A program made the position numbers and the translations under genes. Positions 58,442 to 64,000 of a stretch of DNA of 64,000 bases are shown piece after piece. A model generated the notes under the pieces. It made no database searches. It worked only from the letters and a program-made list of their open reading frames with translations, and had not been told where the DNA came from. Source of the DNA: Acidobacteriota bacterium (GTDB lineage Bacteria > Acidobacteriota > UBA6911 > RPQK01 > JAJDTT01); the NCBI GenBank assembly GCA_965217775.1, contig CBDCJH010000002.1, positions 4,096,001-4,160,000 on the forward strand. The letters are read 5' to 3'. Each line of letters starts with the position of its first letter. The first letter of the stretch is position 1.

Positions 58442-60514
58442 GTGTCTTCCAGCCGAGTGTCCGGTACAGCCTGCATACTTCTCGTCGTTCTTCTCCGGAT
58501 CCTGCCGGCCGAATTTGCGTTCGGCGCCGAACTCCGGGTGCTGCCGGCATCGGAGAGATCGGACAAGGAGGTCCGGATGTTGCAGGATCACCTCCGACCG
58601 CTCGTCCATGCCGCGCTGGATCGGCGATTGGAAGCGTATAAAGAGCTGAAGAGTGCGGAGCAGATCCATGCCTACCAGCAACGCCTGCGGGCAGAGTTTA
58701 TCCGGAGCCTGGGCGGCTTCCCGGACCGTACCCCCCTCCGCCCTCGAATCGTGGGCCGGCTGGAAGGGGACAGGTTCCGAGTCGAAAAGCTGATCTACGA
58801 GAGCCGGCCCGGTTTCCACGTGACGGCGGCCCTCTACCTGCCGGAGGCCGAACCACCCTATCCCGGCGTCCTGCTCCCCTGCGGTCACAGCGAAAACGGG
58901 AAAGCGGCCGAACTCTATCAACGGGCGGCCATCCTGATGGCCCGGAACGGTCTGGCGGTGCTCTGCTACGATCCCATCGGCCAGGGGGAGCGCAAGCAGA
59001 TTCTGCAGGACAGCGCGGACCGGTCAGCGACGGTGAAGGGCCGATTCCGCCCCACCGGTGAGCACAATCTGGCCGGCGTCGCCCCCATTCTGCTGGGGCA
59101 GAACCTGGCAACCTACCGCATCTGGGATGGCATCCGCAGCATCGACTACCTCGCCGGCCGCGACGACATCGACGAGTCGCGCATCGGCTGCACCGGGAAC
59201 TCGGGCGGCGGCCTCATGACCGCCTACCTGATGGCGCTCGACGAGAGAATCGTGGCTGCGGCATCGAGTTGCTTCATCACCACCACTCGCCGCAAGAACG
59301 ACGACCCCGGACCGGGCGATGCGGAGCAGAACATCTTCGCTCAGACCGCATACGGCATGGACCATCCAGACTACATTCTGATGCGAGCTCCGAAGCCAAG
59401 TTTGATTCTGGCCGCCACACGAGACTTCGTGCCCATCGCCGGCGCCTGGGAGACGTTCCGGCAGGCCAAGCGGCTCTACACCCGGTTGGGCGTCCCGGAG
59501 CGAGTCGACCTGGTGGAAGCGGACGAGGAACACGGATTCTCCCTGCATCTGCGCACCGGCGCCTGCCGCTGGATGCGGCGGTGGCTGCTGAACCGGATCG
59601 ACGAGGTGATCGAATCCGACTTCGGCGTCTTCTCCGACCGGCAGCTTCAATGCACGCCCCGAGGACAGGTCCTGTTGCTGGAGGGGGCGAGATCGGTCTT
59701 CCAGCTCTACCGAGCCGAGGAGGCGAGGCTCCGGCGGCATCGAGAGCGGTCCGGGCGGCGGATGACCGGCGAGGAGCGAAGAGCCAAGGTGAGGGAAATG
59801 GCGGGCATCCGTCCTGTCTCGGAGATCCCGCCACCGGAGGCCCAAGCGTCGGGTACGGTCCAGCGCACCGGTTACCGCATCGAGAAGCTGATCCTGAAAT
59901 CCGCCGATGGGTTCCCGTTGCCGGCGTTGCGGTTCGTTCCCGAGAACTCCGGCGGCGAACGGACGCTGTACCTGAACGGGCGGGGCAAGCAGTTCGACGC
60001 CGGTCCCGGAGGACCCATCGAGTCGCTGGTGCGCAACGGGCATCAGGTGCTGGCCGTAGATCTGACTGGCTTGGGAGAGACCGAGTCCACGGCGTGGCGG
60101 TACGACCCCAAATACATCGGAAGCAACTCGGCCGAGTATTTCATCTCCTACATGCTGGGGCGTTCGCTGGTCGGCATGAGGGCCGAAGACGTGCTTGTCT
60201 GCGCGCGTTATCTGAACGCCCGAAGCGAGGAGGCGAATGGAGTGAACCTGGTCGCCGCGGGCAGGGCGGGCATCCCTGCACTTCACGCGGCGGCCGTCGA
60301 GCCGCGGCTGTTTCGCCAGGTCACGGTTCGGGACTCCATCGACAGTTGGCGGCGTGTCGTCGAAACCGACTTGACCGTCGACCAGCTCGAAAACACGGTG
60401 CACGGGGCGCTCCGCCGGTACGATTTGGAAGACCTGGCACGGCTGGCCGGGAGGGACCGGGTCGTCTTCGAGAGGATCCGGACCGCGTCCGGCGCCTTGA
60501 TCGAACCCGATTGA
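58442..60514 (+). CDS. Acetylxylan-esterase-like double alpha/beta hydrolase
   Basis: EKLIYESRPG, YDPIGQGER, GCTGNSGGG; second degenerate hydrolase domain. Confidence 0.85.
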   Translation: MSSSRVSGTACILLVVLLRILPAEFAFGAELRVLPASERSDKEVRMLQDHLRPLVHAALDRRLEAYKELKSAEQIHAYQQRLRAEFIRSLGGFPDRTPLRPRIVGRLEGDRFRVEKLIYESRPGFHVTAALYLPEAEPPYPGVLLPCGHSENGKAAELYQRAAILMARNGLAVLCYDPIGQGERKQILQDSADRSATVKGRFRPTGEHNLAGVAPILLGQNLATYRIWDGIRSIDYLAGRDDIDESRIGCTGNSGGGLMTAYLMALDERIVAAASSCFITTTRRKNDDPGPGDAEQNIFAQTAYGMDHPDYILMRAPKPSLILAATRDFVPIAGAWETFRQAKRLYTRLGVPERVDLVEADEEHGFSLHLRTGACRWMRRWLLNRIDEVIESDFGVFSDRQLQCTPRGQVLLLEGARSVFQLYRAEEARLRRHRERSGRRMTGEERRAKVREMAGIRPVSEIPPPEAQASGTVQRTGYRIEKLILKSADGFPLPALRFVPENSGGERTLYLNGRGKQFDAGPGGPIESLVRNGHQVLAVDLTGLGETESTAWRYDPKYIGSNSAEYFISYMLGRSLVGMRAEDVLVCARYLNARSEEANGVNLVAAGRAGIPALHAAAVEPRLFRQVTVRDSIDSWRRVVETDLTVDQLENTVHGALRRYDLEDLARLAGRDRVVFERIRTASGALIEPD

Positions 60515-60575
60515 CATGGAAGAAAAGAAGCTCGCCCCTCCTTCGGGTTGGGCGACGGAAACGTGAGGACATGAC

Positions 60576-61289
60576 ATGCGGGTCATTCTGATTGGCTGCG
60601 AGTACGCGGGCACCACCACGCTGGCCGACGGAATCCAGCGCTGGAGCCATGAGGTCATGGGCGAGGGACACGGCCTGGCGGCCTTCCATGACCACTGGAA
60701 GATCCCGCACGTCAGCGGGCATCCCGGGCTCGACGACGAGAACCTGTTCACTTCGGATGAGCAGGAGCAGTTCCTGGCCCTGACCCCCAAGACCATGGAG
60801 ATGGTCCAGCGCTACAGCATCACCTATCACCTCACCCCCGGCGCCCTGCGCAACCCGGATTACGTTTCGGTCGGCCTCCACATCGAAAACGCCATCTACG
60901 GGGCGCTGTACTTCGGCTACTACACCGGAGAGCAAGCCTGGATGCGCCGGGCCATTCTGGACCACTTCGAAGAGAGCATCCTGGAATTCGCGCCCGAGAT
61001 GCCGCTGGTGCTGGTCAAGGCGTCACCGGAGGCCATCGCCAAGCGGATGAAGGAGAACCCTCACCCCAACGGCGTCCTGAAGGAACCCGATATCGAACGG
61101 GTGCTGGAAGAGTTCGAGACCGAGTTCGAGCGGTCGTCCATGCGCAACAAGTTCAGCATCGACACGACTCGGAGGACTCCCGAGGAAACGCTGGCCGGGT
61201 TCCTGGAAGAGTTCGAACCCCACCTGAACGAAACCGACAAGCTCCGCATCCTGATCCACCGGGCCCGCCAGCGGGGCGAGTGGATCTGA
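60576..61289 (+). CDS. P-loop NMP-kinase-like protein with atypical Walker A
   Basis: ILIGCEYAGTTT; LVKASPEAIAKRM; IDTT. Confidence 0.65.
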   Translation: MRVILIGCEYAGTTTLADGIQRWSHEVMGEGHGLAAFHDHWKIPHVSGHPGLDDENLFTSDEQEQFLALTPKTMEMVQRYSITYHLTPGALRNPDYVSVGLHIENAIYGALYFGYYTGEQAWMRRAILDHFEESILEFAPEMPLVLVKASPEAIAKRMKENPHPNGVLKEPDIERVLEEFETEFERSSMRNKFSIDTTRRTPEETLAGFLEEFEPHLNETDKLRILIHRARQRGEWI

Positions 61290-61314
61290 ACACTTGCCGG
61301 GAGAAGAGACCACC

Positions 61315-62361
61315 ATGACGGACACCATCAGGGTCGGCATCATCGGAGCCGGCAAGATCGCCCAGAACCGGCACATCCCGCTGCTGCAACAGGTTCCCGG
61401 GGTCGAGATCACTCATGCCTGGTCCCGCCGCGAGGAAACGGCTCAAACGGCGGCCCAGAGTTTCAATATTCCCAACCTGGTCGACCGGTGGGAGCGGATC
61501 ATCGAGAACCGCGACATCGACGCCGTGGTGATCGCCACGCCGCCCAATCTCCACCTGCCGGCCACCGTGGCCGCCCTGGATGCCGGCAAGCACGTCCTCT
61601 GCCAGGCGCGGATGGCGCGCAACCTGAACCAGGCTCTGCAGATGCTGGAAGCCTCCCGGAAGACCGATTTGGTCACCTCCCTTTATGCGGCCGGTTTCGG
61701 CCTCAAGGGGGACCGGGTGATGCGGCGGCTGATCGGGCAGGGCTACGTGGGAGACATCCTGGAAGTGCGGGTCACGTCGCTGCTTCAGGCGGTTCCCGAG
61801 GCCGGCGCCTGGCTGGTGGACCCGGAGGTGGTGGGCGTCAACACCATGATGCTGGGGATTCTGGCCGAGGTCGTCTACCGTTGGATCGATCCGCCCATTT
61901 CCCTGATCGCCACCACCGGCGAAGACCGGTTGGCCGTGCCCCAGTCCCTGTCCATCGGGGCCGAATTGCAGGGCGGAGCCACCGCCAGCTTCCACCTTTC
62001 GTTCCGGGTTCCCCGGGGCCCGGGTAGCTCGGTGGAGATCTACGGGACCCACGGGGTGCTGGACTACAAGCTGCTGGTGGAAAAACCGGGAGGCCTGGTG
62101 GAAGACGAGGAGCTGTTCGGCATGACCCGCGGGGACGCACGCGTGCATCCCATCGAGATGCCGCCGGAGGAACAGCGGGACCGGACCATGGATTCCGAGT
62201 TCATCGAGGCCATCCGGCACGGCACGCCCGTGGCTCCGGATTTCGCCGAGGGCGTCCGCTACATGGAGTTCTGCGAGGCGGTGGCTCAGTCGATCTACGA
62301 AGGCAGGAGGATTCCCATGCCGCCCGAGCCGAAGATGGACTCCTGGGGCCGCCCGCTGTAG
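61315..62361 (+). CDS. Gfo/Idh/MocA oxidoreductase
   Basis: GIIGAGKIA, DAVVIATPP..H, GKHVLCQAR. Confidence 0.92.
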   Translation: MTDTIRVGIIGAGKIAQNRHIPLLQQVPGVEITHAWSRREETAQTAAQSFNIPNLVDRWERIIENRDIDAVVIATPPNLHLPATVAALDAGKHVLCQARMARNLNQALQMLEASRKTDLVTSLYAAGFGLKGDRVMRRLIGQGYVGDILEVRVTSLLQAVPEAGAWLVDPEVVGVNTMMLGILAEVVYRWIDPPISLIATTGEDRLAVPQSLSIGAELQGGATASFHLSFRVPRGPGSSVEIYGTHGVLDYKLLVEKPGGLVEDEELFGMTRGDARVHPIEMPPEEQRDRTMDSEFIEAIRHGTPVAPDFAEGVRYMEFCEAVAQSIYEGRRIPMPPEPKMDSWGRPL

Positions 62362-62362
62362 G

Positions 62363-62404
62363 TCGTTCACAACTTATCCACAGTTTTCCCAGAATTTTTC
62401 CACA
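62363..62404 (+). promoter_or_regulatory. Cluster of DnaA-box-like 9-mers at 11-bp spacing
   Basis: TCGTTCACA 62363, TTATCCACA 62374, TTTCCCAGA 62385, TTTTCCACA 62396. Confidence 0.65.
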
Positions 62405-62406
62405 CC

Positions 62407-63900
62407 TTGGACCAAGCCAGCTTCGGCACCCTCAACTCCCTGGTCCTGGTGGCCTACCTGATCGGCGTCACCGTGCTGGCGCTGTCACTGGCGGGACGCC
62501 AGCGGAACACCGAGTCCTATTTTCTGGCCGGACGGAGCATGCCCTGGCTGGCCGTTGCGTTGAGCACCGTCGCCAGCATGCTGAGCGGTCTCACCTATCT
62601 GGGCGCTCCGGCGGCGGCCTACAAGGACAACGCCTCCCTCATGCTGGCGGGACCGGCGGCACTGCTGGCCACGCCGCTGATCATCGCTCTCTACTTCCCC
62701 ATCTACCGGAGGCTCAAGGTCACGACCGTCTACGAGTACGTCAGCGCCCGCTTCGGGAACCGGGCGCGGTACGCCGCCTCGGCCCTGGCCGTGCTCCAGA
62801 TCCAGGGCTGGATGGGAATCGCCCTCTACGCGCCGGCCCTGGCTCTTTCCACCGTCTCCGGGATCGATCTGACCCGCGCCATACTGCTCATGGGCCTGGT
62901 GGCCACCGCGTACACCTGCACGGGAGGACTCGCGGCCGTGATCTGGACCGACGTGATCCAGTTCCTGATCCTGACGGCGGGCGCGGTGCTGGTCGCCTTC
63001 TCCCTGGTCGAGAGGCTCCCGGGAGGCCTGGATCAATTTTTCGAGATCGTGACCGCCGCGGACAAGCTGGGCCTGGCCGACACCCGCTTCGATTTCGCCG
63101 AGGCCACCGGGCTGGCGGTGGTCCTCTGTTTCTTCATCACGGGGTTCGGATACGGAAACAACCAAGTGGTCATGCAGCGCCTGTTCGCGGCCCGCAGCCG
63201 CCGCGAAATGGCCCGGGCGCTGATGCTGGATCGAGTGCTGGAGATCCTCGTAGCCGCACTCCTCTACCTGATCGGTCTTGGGATATTCGCCTACTTCCAG
63301 GTATTTCCCGAGAGTCTGGCCCCGGGGATCGCCGGTGACCGGATCCTGCCCTACTACATCGTCCACGCCCTGCCGGCCGGAGTCTCGGGCCTGCTCATCG
63401 CCGCCGTCTTCGCCGCGGCCATGTCCACGGTGGATTCGGGAATTCATTCCTCAGCCACCATGATCCAGGTCGACTTCGTGACACCGCTCCGGAAACGGCC
63501 TCTGACCCAGCGCCAGAGTCTGACGCTGGCCCGGGCCATGACGGCGGGTCTGGGTCTGCTGGCGACCGCCGCCGCCCTGCTGGTTTCGGAGGGAGCGGGG
63601 ATTCTGGAAACCATGAGCAAGGTGGGCAGCCTCACGGCCGCCCCCGTCACGGCCCTCTTCCTGCTGGGAGTCCTGACCCGGAGAGGACATTTCCTGGCTT
63701 GGCTGGCCGCCACCCTGGGGATCTCTCTACCGCTCAGCATCTACCTGCAGAACTTCGTCGAGATGCACTGGATCTTCTACGCGCCCATTGCCCTGGTGAG
63801 CTGCCTGTCCGGGTCTTGGATCTTCAGCCTGCTGCTGAGATCAGGGTCGAGCCACGATCGCGACGTTACGGGATTGACCATCTGGGAACGGCGAGACTGA
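62407..63900 (+). CDS. Sodium:solute symporter (SSS family)
   Basis: YFLAGRSMPW, TVYEY..RFG, GGLAAVIWTDVIQ, MQR, AAAMST..S; many TM segments. Confidence 0.93.
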   Translation: MDQASFGTLNSLVLVAYLIGVTVLALSLAGRQRNTESYFLAGRSMPWLAVALSTVASMLSGLTYLGAPAAAYKDNASLMLAGPAALLATPLIIALYFPIYRRLKVTTVYEYVSARFGNRARYAASALAVLQIQGWMGIALYAPALALSTVSGIDLTRAILLMGLVATAYTCTGGLAAVIWTDVIQFLILTAGAVLVAFSLVERLPGGLDQFFEIVTAADKLGLADTRFDFAEATGLAVVLCFFITGFGYGNNQVVMQRLFAARSRREMARALMLDRVLEILVAALLYLIGLGIFAYFQVFPESLAPGIAGDRILPYYIVHALPAGVSGLLIAAVFAAAMSTVDSGIHSSATMIQVDFVTPLRKRPLTQRQSLTLARAMTAGLGLLATAAALLVSEGAGILETMSKVGSLTAAPVTALFLLGVLTRRGHFLAWLAATLGISLPLSIYLQNFVEMHWIFYAPIALVSCLSGSWIFSLLLRSGSSHDRDVTGLTIWERRD

Positions 63901-63976
63901 CCTCTGCCTACCGATCGGTTTCGGCCCAACACCGGCAAGACGACGGCATCAATGGTGGCGGATTGCAAACCTACAC

Positions 63977-64000
63977 CGTAGGGGCTCCCCTTGTGGGGGC
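63977..64000 (+). repeat. GTAG-type REP-like palindrome (cut by window edge)
   Basis: CGTAGGGGCTCCCCTTGTGGGGGC. Confidence 0.45.

Noticed and set aside
58295-58921. N-terminal extension of the 739-aa ORF
   Set aside because: Overlaps the divergent esterase gene; the FAD-binding motif starts right after ATG 58294.
62363-62404. oriC
   Set aside because: Too short, no unwinding element and no origin-associated genes; kept only as a DnaA-box cluster.

Overview
GC-rich bacterial chromosomal segment; the gene repertoire (Calx-beta/FN3 adhesin, FG-GAP, sulfatases, PVC-type heme dehydrogenase) suggests an Acidobacteriota/PVC-like, possibly host-associated organism (inference only). 1-13.7 kb is an accessory/defence-like island: a DUF499 ATPase running off the left edge, a gluzincin, a transglycosylase+nucleotidyltransferase pair and a HEPN-like gene inside 36-bp direct repeats, vapBC, an all-in-one kinase-regulator and a duplicated osmC. 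13.8-29.2 kb and 48.7-64 kb are catabolic clusters. 29.4-48.2 kb holds a 1.9-kaa cadherin/Calx-beta-like adhesin divergent from a polyprenol-P-mannose synthase plus TMTC-like mannosyltransferase, MGE relics, and a Cre-like recombinase with lox-like sites. Also present: a complete IS1634, a 158-bp MITE (3 full copies, 1 partial), a TIR-bounded tnpB relic, hicBA, REP-like palindromes and a phased DnaA-box cluster. No rRNA, tRNA or CRISPR array was seen. Best candidates for undescribed systems are the TMTC-type O-mannosylation locus and the GT51-NTase pair.
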